Positions 10,733 through 19,269 of a DNA stretch of 64,000 nt are shown here, piece after piece. The stretch is from the NCBI RefSeq assembly GCF_056746865.1, contig NZ_CM163382.1; one strand, written 5' to 3'. Made by a program: the position numbers and the translations under genes. Below the pieces are notes generated by a model. That model had not been told where the DNA came from and made no database searches. It was given only the letters and a program-made list of their open reading frames with translations. Positions within the stretch are counted from its first letter, which is position 1, and every line of letters begins with the position of its first letter.

Positions 10733-11905
10733 TTAGAGAACCTTAGACTGTTCTGGGAACCAGTTATTAATTATATGTCTTCGACAGACTTTAGATATTT
10801 CAAATACCTGTCGTGACACTAATGCACCATCAGGATGGCGCTGGTCAGGTATGTCATTTTCTATGTCATAAAAATTATGCGTTATTTCTGGGGGAAAGAA
10901 AACGTTTTTGTCTAAAGGCACGCTTGCATAGGGATTATAATACACATGCAAACCATCAAAATGAGTTTCCTTGTAGTCCCTTGTTCGGCACATTACAATA
11001 TCCGCGCCAACAACCTCATTGTTGTAGAATTGTCGCTTCGTAGTAACATAATGGTCAGGACCAAGTTTTCTCGTATGAGAACCTTCGTTCTTCATACCTT
11101 CATTGGCAATAAAAACATTCACATCAAGAGCTCGGAATCTCGTATATCGGACATATCGATCGACCCGACTCTGAACGATAGCCTTACCAAAAGTACCTGT
11201 CGTTGAAAACACGATAGCACTGATTTCTTTGTATGAGTCATTTGTAAAAATACCTAAAGGTATTTCAGTGTCTTCATTTTTTTTAATCGATAAAACCCTT
11301 CTTTGCCTACCATTTACTAAATCTCTCATCGTAGGTTCTTCAATGCCAAACAATACCCGGTTAATGATTGTATTATTCTGGGTTAAAGATAGATCTGAAT
11401 CAAATGGGGCCAATGCTAACACAAAAGGCTTACCGATTACATGTTCCATTGTTGAGTATGGGAACTTCTTACCATTAATTCCGGTAAAGAGATCGCGCTT
11501 ATCTTTAATTTTCCCAAGAAGTTTTAGCGTAGATTGATGCTTAAACTTAGCTTCACTGAAAATTTCACTGACTGGCGGTTTATGGGGCTTGTCAGAGACC
11601 ATAGCCTCTACGTTAAATTTATAACCTAATGGCGTGCTAACACAAAAATCAGGACTGTCTTTTGTATAGTCAACCGAATACCCCAAACGAATAAACATCT
11701 CATTTAGATATAATTCCCACATAGAAGAATTAAAGGTAGTCTGAAATTCGTTAATAAATTTAGTTTGTTCACCACTGCGTTCCAGTAATCCGCGTCCCCA
11801 TGATTGGATCACCGCCCTAACAGGAGCAAGTTTAGGATCTGTGTAGATTGTTTTAAAATTGTGATTTAGTTTATTTCTAGCTATTTTTGTTGAGAAGAGA
11901 TCCAT
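10733..11905 (-). CDS. uncharacterised protein, paralog A of the 33844-34866 product; possible PD-(D/E)xK-like core
   Basis: 390-aa ORF in a low-GC block. It shares the blocks FQTTFNSSMWELYLNEMF, SPDFCV..FNVEA, KPFVLALAPFD, IPLGIFT..EISAIVFS and DGLHVYYNPYA with the other ORF. Confidence 0.75.
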   Translation of the reverse strand: MDLFSTKIARNKLNHNFKTIYTDPKLAPVRAVIQSWGRGLLERSGEQTKFINEFQTTFNSSMWELYLNEMFIRLGYSVDYTKDSPDFCVSTPLGYKFNVEAMVSDKPHKPPVSEIFSEAKFKHQSTLKLLGKIKDKRDLFTGINGKKFPYSTMEHVIGKPFVLALAPFDSDLSLTQNNTIINRVLFGIEEPTMRDLVNGRQRRVLSIKKNEDTEIPLGIFTNDSYKEISAIVFSTTGTFGKAIVQSRVDRYVRYTRFRALDVNVFIANEGMKNEGSHTRKLGPDHYVTTKRQFYNNEVVGADIVMCRTRDYKETHFDGLHVYYNPYASVPLDKNVFFPPEITHNFYDIENDIPDQRHPDGALVSRQVFEISKVCRRHIINNWFPEQSKVL

Positions 11906-12356
11906 TATTTACCTCTATAAACACTTTGTAAAACTAAACATGTGTATTTTACTGCGCTGATTGTCGAACATATGCTTCAAATTGTAATGCGGTATTCTAC
12001 ATCAGAAAAACCTCTTTTATATTTTCCTCATTAAATTTATTTACACCGAAAAATAGCCGCATGAATCATGTCTGAACAGATGAACTTCTCTAATATAGCC
12101 TAAATACCTACGACTGCGCTATAAAGAGGGAACCTCAAGCACTAATAGCACAAAGAAAATATGCGAACACAAATTTGACGCGAAACTATGACTTAGATAG
12201 GATGAATCTAGGTGGTGATGGTCACCTGGCGCCTGTCTCGCAAAGCAATAGCCCATCGTTCAGAAGTATACCAAATACTTGGCCGCCATCCATTATGACG
12301 CTGCCCGGTTAGCAGGCTATCGGTATCCAAAGCGTTACTTTATTGGAGGTACAGCC

Positions 12357-12896
12357 ATGTCTGACTATTCATACCTAAGCATTCTTAAAACGTGCGCTAA
12401 AAAGCTGGCTCGCATTCAGAAAATTAAGCTTTCCAAAGCACTCGAAATCGTTGCCCGTGACGCGAAATTCACCAGCTACCATGAGCTGTCCGAAGTCGCA
12501 AAACGTGCCCCGCTAGAACAACGGCTGGTTTTCGCTGCAATAGGCGAAGATACTCAAGAGGATGTGATTTATCGCGATGAGATTTTTTATGCCATAGACC
12601 GCGAGGTGGAAGATATGCTCTCCGGCGACATAGCGGAAACAAACGCCTATGGTTTTAGCATAGAGAATCTGGAGGCAACAAGCATAAATTACGACCCAAA
12701 GCGAGGCATTCTGGTCGTCCAAGTCATATTTGATTATCAGGGTGAACAAGATTCTGAACGCCCTTTCTCTGGTTCGTCCTTTGAAATTGTTGCGAAAATG
12801 GAGCTACTTCTTCGCGACAATGTATGGAGCCTCGTAGAAAATAGTCTGGAATTGACCTCTGTTAATTCAAATGTCGATAATGACTGGTACGATTAA
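12357..12896 (+). CDS. hypothetical acidic protein
   Basis: ATG 12357 is preceded by GGAGGT 8 nt upstream. 179 aa, with a D/E-rich C-terminal two thirds. No recognised motifs. Confidence 0.6.
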   Translation: MSDYSYLSILKTCAKKLARIQKIKLSKALEIVARDAKFTSYHELSEVAKRAPLEQRLVFAAIGEDTQEDVIYRDEIFYAIDREVEDMLSGDIAETNAYGFSIENLEATSINYDPKRGILVVQVIFDYQGEQDSERPFSGSSFEIVAKMELLLRDNVWSLVENSLELTSVNSNVDNDWYD

Positions 12897-13497
12897 GACA
12901 TATAACAGTAGGAGGCATTCCAAATTTTTGGCGGAGTGCCTTTTTAGTAACTATATCCAGATGAAATCATCGAGTTATCACATGAGCATCCATCTTACGT
13001 GTACTCAAAACACTTATGGGCTTCTAAATTCAGGAAGTCCCTACTCCGCTTGCTGGCGCTTCTTTGAGCCTCGTGGCGTCCATATACACCAATTAGGCCA
13101 GACCATGCTCAAACAACTTGTCGAGAAATGCTATGTGCAAAAACCACTGGACATGTTCTCGATGACAGCAGGCAAACTAACTGGGCTTGATCAATCTGGG
13201 CCTAAACTGGCTTCCATCATATGCAGAGGGATAGAGCAGGCCAAAGATGTACAACTCGGAGAGTTACTTTTTGCCTGCGGTATCTATGGTGTGGAAGAAG
13301 AAGAAGCCTGGTTACTAGCTAAAAGATTCAGTAATCTTGAGGCCTTGTATGGTGCCAGCATAGATTCTCTGATGAGTTATAACCTTCTTAATGAGGCAGT
13401 AGCTGTCAATACGTATAACTTCTTCCGTCATCCGCTCAATGTGTCGGCTCTTAACGAGTTACAAACAGAAGGTGGATTGAAGGTGCGCCATGGATAG
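12871..13497 (+). CDS. protein derived from the helix-hairpin-helix region of NAD-dependent DNA ligase LigA; possibly a gene relic
   Basis: [86 protein letters not shown]...[20 protein letters not shown] is collinear with my recollection of the LigA HhH region ([35 protein letters not shown]...LYALGIREVGE...FGTLEALEAASIEEL...FFAEESNRNVISELLAEGV). No adenylation, OB, Zn-finger or BRCT parts are present. The start is uncertain. Confidence 0.5.
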   Translation: [208 protein letters not shown]

Positions 13498-13831
13498 AAT
13501 TAACACCAAGGCTGTGCCCGGCCTTTTATCTATGCAACGTAGCCGATGACAGTTAACGGTGAGACAGCAACACCTGTTGTAACATGTTTGTACTCGTGCA
13601 TTGCCATCCGTAGGCCTAAACATATCTGACTCCCACAGGATGGGGATAAAATACAACATTTGCATTTTCAATTTGTTATCGAAAAATCATTAGTCCTGAT
13701 GGGAAATAATATCTTCCCGGACTAATGATTTTCTATCCGGACTCCACTTTTTTATCCGGGCCTATACCTCCCCTCATCGTTCCGCGCTATAACCGCTCCG
13801 ACACTCTGTTCCCGTCCCGTGAGGTGCAATC

Positions 13832-14047
13832 ATGAAAACCAGTGCAGACAGTAACGATGCTTTTCCCGAAAGCGGCAACGTGCGTATGCGGCAGGTAGTC
13901 CAGTTTCTGGCGATGAGTGAATCGTCGGTTTACCGCCTGATTAAAAACACCGACTTTCCCCGCCCCGTCCACCTCTCTTCCCGACTGGTGGTCTTCGATG
14001 CTGCTGAAATCCGTCAGTGGCAACAGCGCCGCGCCGCCATCCGTTAA
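13832..14047 (+). CDS. AlpA-family (MerR-like HTH) transcriptional regulator / excisionase-like protein
   Basis: The 71-aa ORF contains MRQVVQFLAMSESSVYRLIKNTDFPRPVHLSSRLVVFDAAEIRQWQ, the typical AlpA/Phage_AlpA pattern, located just upstream of the replication gene. Confidence 0.85.
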   Translation: MKTSADSNDAFPESGNVRMRQVVQFLAMSESSVYRLIKNTDFPRPVHLSSRLVVFDAAEIRQWQQRRAAIR

Positions 14048-14082
14048 TCCACGCTCAGGGATGAGCCGACTGATACCCCGTC

Positions 14083-16152
14083 ATGAAACGCGCCCCTTTT
14101 CTCTGTAAGCAGTCTCCGGACCGCACGCTCGAAGTGGTGATCCTTGCCGGAAGCCTGGCATGGGAGACCTCACACGTGTGGCGAAAAGATCCCGACCGGG
14201 AAGATGATGTTCCCCCGATGGTACTCGGCCCGGATGAACTGGCCGATCTGAGCAATCTGACCATTATCAGGCCCGACACGCTCTACGTCCGGGTACTTCG
14301 CACCGGCGATATCAGTGAAGAAGAGCTGCTGAAAATTGCCGTAAAACTGGCGCACGCGGGCGTGCAGATGGCCCGGCTGATGACCCCTGACGGTGAGTTA
14401 CTGGAGAACTGGACCGGACAGCTTGAACGCCTGCGACAGGAAAGACCTTCTGACATCCTGCCGGATCACTTCCGCCTCGATGAAGAAGCACTGTGGTTTG
14501 ATAAGCTCACCGAACGGCGCGACGGTGAAAGCGATGTCCAGCCCCAGCGCATCTGTTCCCCTCTGCGCGTCACTGCCATCACCTGCGACAGCCATGACGG
14601 CAGCTATGGCCGCCTGCTGGAATGGCACACCACCACCGGGCAATTGCGGCGCTGGGCCATGCCGATGGCGATGCTCAGCGGCAACGGCGAGGAGCTGAGG
14701 CGCATTCTGCTGGAGAACGGCCTGACCTATATCTCCACCCGCCCTGCCCTGCGCAGTCTGCTGTGCGAATATATCTCGCGGTCACTCCCCGGACGCCGGG
14801 TCACCTGCGCGGAGAAAACCGGCTGGCACAACGGCGTGTACGTGCTGCCGGATGAGGTTATCGGTCCCGATGGCGACAACGTCATTCTCCAGGGCAGCCA
14901 CTACCTGACTGGCGGCTTTGCACAATCCGGTACGCTGGCAGAGTGGCAGGAGCAGGTCGCCGCGCTCTGTGCAGGCAATTCACGGCTGGTCTTTGCCGTC
15001 TGCTGTGCGCTGGCCGCCCCGCTGCTGCGCCTGACAGGAACGGGCGGCGGAGGCTTTCATCTGCGCGGTGAGTCCACTGACGGTAAGACCACGGTGATGA
15101 AAGTGGCCGCTTCCGTCTGTGGCGGGACGGATTACTGGCACTCCTGGCGGGCCACCGGGAATGCGCTGGAAGGAATTGCCAGCCGCCACAACGATGCCCT
15201 GCTGCCACTTGATGAACTGCGCGAAGTGGACCCGCGTGAGGCCGGGATGATTGCCTATATGCTGGCGAACGGACAGGGCAAGGGGCGCGCCCGCACCGAT
15301 GGCGAAGTGCGTAACCGCAGGCACTGGACGCTGCTGCTGTTCTCCACCGGGGAGCTGTCGCTGGCGGAACACACCGAATGCGCCGGGGAGCGCCTCTACG
15401 CCGGGATGGACGTGCGCATGGTACAAATCCCCAGCGACACCGGGCAGCATGGTTCGTTTGAGCAGTTGCACGGGTTTGCCAGCGGCCAGCAGTTCGCCGA
15501 TACTCTCTGCGACCGGGTGGCCCGCTTCCACGGCACCGCCTTTCGTGCCTGGCTGGCCTTCCTCACCAGCGACCTGGACGCCAGCACCACGCTGGCGAGA
15601 GAGTTACTTCGCCGCTACCAGACCGCCCTGATGCCGGACAACGCCGGAAACCAGGTGCAGCGCATCGTGGCCCGTTTTGCCCTGCTGGCGGTGGCCGGGG
15701 AGATAGCGACACTGAACGGTATCACGGGCTGGCAGGAAGGCTCGGCGTATGGGGCGGTGCAGATCTGCCTTCACGCCTGGCTGAACGAGCGCGGCCATAT
15801 TGCCAACCAGGAAGATGAAGGCGTGCTGGCGCAGATCAAGCGGTTCATTACCGCGCACCAGTACAGCCGCTTTGCCTCGTGGGATGGCCCGGACCGCCCG
15901 CTGAATATGGCAGGCTTTCGCCGGGTGGAAAAAGATCCGCTGACGGGCGAGGAACACACGCTGTTCTTCATCCTGCCTGAGGGCTGGCGGGAAATATGCC
16001 GGGGATTCAGTCCTGCCAGAGCGGCCAGATTATGCCAGGAAGCGGAATGCCTGCTGCCCGGCAGCGACGGGAAATACCAGTCGCAGGTTCGCCTGCCGGA
16101 GATCGGCAAAGCCAGAGTCTACCGCCTCACCTCCCGCATCCTCAGTATCTGA
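14083..16152 (+). CDS. DUF927-type replication protein (P-loop SF3-helicase-like) of an integrative satellite-like element
   Basis: 689-aa high-GC ORF. ICSPLRVTAITCDSHDGSYGRLLEWHTTTGQLRRWAMPMAML resembles DUF927. Walker A-like LRGESTDGKTTV. Position alpA - rep - iterons. Confidence 0.8.
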   Translation: MKRAPFLCKQSPDRTLEVVILAGSLAWETSHVWRKDPDREDDVPPMVLGPDELADLSNLTIIRPDTLYVRVLRTGDISEEELLKIAVKLAHAGVQMARLMTPDGELLENWTGQLERLRQERPSDILPDHFRLDEEALWFDKLTERRDGESDVQPQRICSPLRVTAITCDSHDGSYGRLLEWHTTTGQLRRWAMPMAMLSGNGEELRRILLENGLTYISTRPALRSLLCEYISRSLPGRRVTCAEKTGWHNGVYVLPDEVIGPDGDNVILQGSHYLTGGFAQSGTLAEWQEQVAALCAGNSRLVFAVCCALAAPLLRLTGTGGGGFHLRGESTDGKTTVMKVAASVCGGTDYWHSWRATGNALEGIASRHNDALLPLDELREVDPREAGMIAYMLANGQGKGRARTDGEVRNRRHWTLLLFSTGELSLAEHTECAGERLYAGMDVRMVQIPSDTGQHGSFEQLHGFASGQQFADTLCDRVARFHGTAFRAWLAFLTSDLDASTTLARELLRRYQTALMPDNAGNQVQRIVARFALLAVAGEIATLNGITGWQEGSAYGAVQICLHAWLNERGHIANQEDEGVLAQIKRFITAHQYSRFASWDGPDRPLNMAGFRRVEKDPLTGEEHTLFFILPEGWREICRGFSPARAARLCQEAECLLPGSDGKYQSQVRLPEIGKARVYRLTSRILSI

Positions 16153-16171
16153 GTGCCATCTCGCGTGTCTT

Positions 16172-16382
16172 AAAAAAAGGTGGTACAGGGTGGGACAAGT
16201 GGTACACGCAGAGCTGGCGCGGGTTTCAGCGTCCCACTTTAGATAATTTGGTTTAAAAAAAGTGGTACAGAGTGGGACAGCCGTTGCTGAATCTGTCCCA
16301 CTTTTCTGACTGGTATTTTTCAGGTGGTACAGCGCAAAGCCACGGCTGGCGCGGTTGTACCACTTGTCCCACCTGTACCACC
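16172..16382. repeat. iteron array: about 10 copies of the octamer GTGG(T/G)ACA in both orientations; putative replication origin or cis-replication region
   Basis: Forward copies at 16180, 16190, 16199, 16262, 16272 and 16324. Inverted copies TGT(A/C)CCAC at 16294, 16356, 16365 and 16374. The outer triplets (16179-16206 and 16356-16382) are near-perfect inverted repeats of each other. Confidence 0.7.
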
Positions 16383-16824
16383 TTAAAAACAGAAGAAATG
16401 AAAATGGCGAAAAGGGACTGCAAAAGCAAAGGCTGAAAGGAAGAGAGAATAAGGGGAACGGACTTACTCTTAAATGGATAACCTATATTTTTATATTCGT
16501 ACCATTTACATGATGGAGTGCAAAGTTACCATTCAACATGATTTGGATTAGATAGCAAAATTCTCTATAGAATGTTTTCTAGATTTCAGAGGGATTTAAC
16601 GATAGCTTATCTCACAAATCACAAATCGGTCAAAAAATATACAGAAAACCAAGTTTTGCCCAGAAATCCTTTTAAAATTTTTGAGTTAAAAATCATTGTG
16701 TTGTATTAATTTCAGGACGCCACATGTCAAATATCGACACCCAATATAGTGTATAAAAACACAGGAGGACTCATTGTGATTTATATAATAAAATAACCTT
16801 ATACATCTTTCTGGAAACCAAGTA

Positions 16825-17811
16825 ATGGTTAAAATTCACATTTTAGATGCCGGACATGGTGATTGCTTGTTAGTAGACTGCGATGGTGTCAAATTGTTAA
16901 TTGACGCTGGCCCAAGTACATTTAGGTATAGAAAAAAAATTTCAGCCAAGTTAGCTGAACTTCTGAATGGCGAGTCTGTTGATATCGCTTTTGTAACTCA
17001 CAATGATGATGACCATATCGGTGGTTTCAAATACCTAATTGAAAATAAAATAAACATCAAGAGATTTGTATTCAATAGTTTATCTAACATTAAACATGTA
17101 ATAAAGAATTCAAGCAATAAAATATCGACCAAACAAGATATAAATCTTGATAGAATAGTGAAAGATGGAAGTTTTGTCTTTTCGACACTAACTTCAGATG
17201 ACTCTCCTATTTTAATCAGAAATATAAAAATAACACCTATTACTCCTTCAAAAAATATCCTTTTAAAATATTTAGAACAACAAGAGCGTAAAAACACAGA
17301 AATTAAAATATCATCTTCATCTGAAAAATATAGTATTAAAGAAGCACTGCAGTTGCTAAGCAATGGAAATGATATGTTTGTAAAGGATCCATCGGCAACT
17401 AATAAAACCAGTTTATCATTTATGATTGAGTATGGGAATTTTTGTGGATTATTCCTTGGTGATGCACACGAAGAAGACATCTACTCATATATGGCTAATC
17501 ATTGTGCCAATAGAAAAATATCATTTAACGTTGTTAAGTTAGCACATCATGGTAGTGAAAAAAACACGAGTTCACGGTTATTGAAGTTAATTGGTACAAC
17601 AGAATATATCATATGTGCGAATAAAACCAAGCATAATCATCCAAATAATTTAACTCTTGCAAGAATTTTAATACATGAACAAGAACCTAAAATTCATATG
17701 AGTAGCAGCAATCAGGAGATAATAAATTTACTCAATCAAATAAATTTATTAGGCTTCGGCATTACTGCAACCCATTCTGAAAATGGAGTTAATACTTTAA
17801 TCTATGAGTAG
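16825..17811 (+). CDS. metallo-beta-lactamase-fold hydrolase, ComEC/Rec2-type (candidate nuclease)
   Basis: 328 aa with HILDAGHGDCLLVDCDGVKLLIDAG, THNDDDHIGG (a variant of HxHxDH) and KLAHHGSEKNTS (the ComEC-like HHGS motif). The stop overlaps the next start (ATGAGTAG). Confidence 0.8.
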   Translation: MVKIHILDAGHGDCLLVDCDGVKLLIDAGPSTFRYRKKISAKLAELLNGESVDIAFVTHNDDDHIGGFKYLIENKINIKRFVFNSLSNIKHVIKNSSNKISTKQDINLDRIVKDGSFVFSTLTSDDSPILIRNIKITPITPSKNILLKYLEQQERKNTEIKISSSSEKYSIKEALQLLSNGNDMFVKDPSATNKTSLSFMIEYGNFCGLFLGDAHEEDIYSYMANHCANRKISFNVVKLAHHGSEKNTSSRLLKLIGTTEYIICANKTKHNHPNNLTLARILIHEQEPKIHMSSSNQEIINLLNQINLLGFGITATHSENGVNTLIYE

Positions 17812-19027
17812 AAAAAATGCTGTAAAAATAAAAGTCAATGATTCGGAATCAAGTGGCTATTTTTTCAAAGCAAGCTCCAAGGATGATTCTTTTGTAATTT
17901 CATCCAAGCACGGCCTTTGTTCTAGACAGTCAGATTGTGAAGAATTTCTTGATAATGTTCAGAATTGTTGCCGTTTATGCACTCAAGATTTAAATATTGA
18001 CAATATATCTTTTGAAATTGAAGGAAATAAGAAGCTAAAGCCAATAAGTTATTTCAGTCTTGAAAACAAAGATATTGTCATCACCAAAGTGGATGGGGTA
18101 TCTAATTATCCTTTAAGGATAGGAAAGATAGAAAAAGAAAAGTATTATACTTATGGTTACAAGAGTAAATGTGATAAGCCTGGCAGAATTTTATTAAATG
18201 AGCCAGATTTATTAGATGGGATTTGTTATTTCAATATATGTTCCGATGCAACACCTGAGTTGATTGAGAAAAGTGAAGAATATTATGGAATTTCAGGTTC
18301 ATTAGTTTTTGATTCTCCAGAAAAAGATGTTTTAACCGCACATGCAGTAATAACAACTAATGAAACCAATAATGACTTAGGTTCAGAAATATTACATGAT
18401 ATTGATTTCAAAGAAATTAATAACTTTTTCGGCTGTGAAGTATTCTTGGGTAAAAAACTCCAATTTCAACTAGATGATACTTTTAGTAAAAATTTTTCAA
18501 AGATTGGAGAAGTGCTTGTTAGCGACAAACTCCAAATTGAAATATTTATTTCATCTTATAAAGGTATACCATATTTTAATTTGACACCAATTGCTGATGC
18601 ATTAATTCAAAGTAAGTTTTATTATGTTTTTGGAAATGTTAGTAGAAGTGATCATATAAATATAATCGCTGCATCAAACATTATACTCAACAAATCTCAT
18701 TTAGAACCAGCTAATAAATTATTAACTAGCAAATTAACTGAATCGATATTATCAGCACCTCATATTTATTCCACTAGCATTGATGATAATAATTATCATC
18801 ATATTCATTTTAAACAAATGACTTCTGGTGATATTGAGCTCATAATATCATGTTATGGTGGAGGAGATGATCTTCCTAAAGATATAAATGGCACTTTAAC
18901 TGAGTTGTTACACAATATAAATACTTATAACTTAAATAAAAATTCAATAATTGAGAGGTCTTTTCTTAATCAAAAATTTACAGATGCACAATGCGAAATT
19001 TTATATGAGATTTTTTTGAGCGATTAA
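17804..19027 (+). CDS. fusion protein: N-terminal trypsin-like serine protease domain plus an unrecognised C-terminal domain
   Basis: 407 aa. Candidate catalytic triad in SSKHGL, KDIVITKV and YGISGSLVFD. Cys-rich insert CSRQSDCEEFLDNVQNCCRLC. The ORF ends just after a T7 run, and one extra T would fuse it to the next ORF. Confidence 0.7.
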   Translation: MSRKNAVKIKVNDSESSGYFFKASSKDDSFVISSKHGLCSRQSDCEEFLDNVQNCCRLCTQDLNIDNISFEIEGNKKLKPISYFSLENKDIVITKVDGVSNYPLRIGKIEKEKYYTYGYKSKCDKPGRILLNEPDLLDGICYFNICSDATPELIEKSEEYYGISGSLVFDSPEKDVLTAHAVITTNETNNDLGSEILHDIDFKEINNFFGCEVFLGKKLQFQLDDTFSKNFSKIGEVLVSDKLQIEIFISSYKGIPYFNLTPIADALIQSKFYYVFGNVSRSDHINIIAASNIILNKSHLEPANKLLTSKLTESILSAPHIYSTSIDDNNYHHIHFKQMTSGDIELIISCYGGGDDLPKDINGTLTELLHNINTYNLNKNSIIERSFLNQKFTDAQCEILYEIFLSD

Positions 19028-19053
19028 CTGATTCAATCGACAGAATTTCATTA

Positions 19054-19269
19054 TTGCATGTAATTCCTTTGGACCATTATTTAATAAAAGATAAATCAGA
19101 AATTAAAAATGAAATTATTACCATTGTTGAGAAAGCGTGTCAAGAATTAGACAGCAACATTTTAGATTATCTTGAGCATGGAATATCTATAAATCTATTA
19201 ATATTTCCAACTAATAATAAAGATGAATTATCAGGGTTAATGCAAAGGTTGATAAATAATTATGAATGA
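19054..19269 (+). CDS. 71-aa ORF with a TTG start, probably the detached C-terminus of the preceding gene
   Basis: Its frame is open from 19009. An 8-T instead of 7-T run at 19011-19017 would join it to 17804-19027. Its stop overlaps the helicase start (ATGAATGA). Confidence 0.45.
   Translation: MHVIPLDHYLIKDKSEIKNEIITIVEKACQELDSNILDYLEHGISINLLIFPTNNKDELSGLMQRLINNYE

Noticed and set aside
14170-16109. Several 60-180-aa ORFs on both strands inside the DUF927 replication gene (for example 14980-15531 and 15604-15957)
   Set aside because: These are high-GC shadow frames overlapping a 689-aa ORF with recognisable family motifs.
16172-16382. Possible CRISPR array
   Set aside because: The repeat unit is only 8 bp, occurs in both orientations, has irregular spacing and has no cas genes nearby. 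It fits replication iterons, not CRISPR. No other CRISPR-like array was seen in the window.
16738-16795. Six-codon mini-ORF (GTG ATT TAT ATA ATA AAA TAA) behind an AGGAGG upstream of the MBL gene, considered as a leader peptide
   Set aside because: No attenuator-like structure is evident downstream. A short ORF after a chance Shine-Dalgarno in AT-rich DNA is not enough support.
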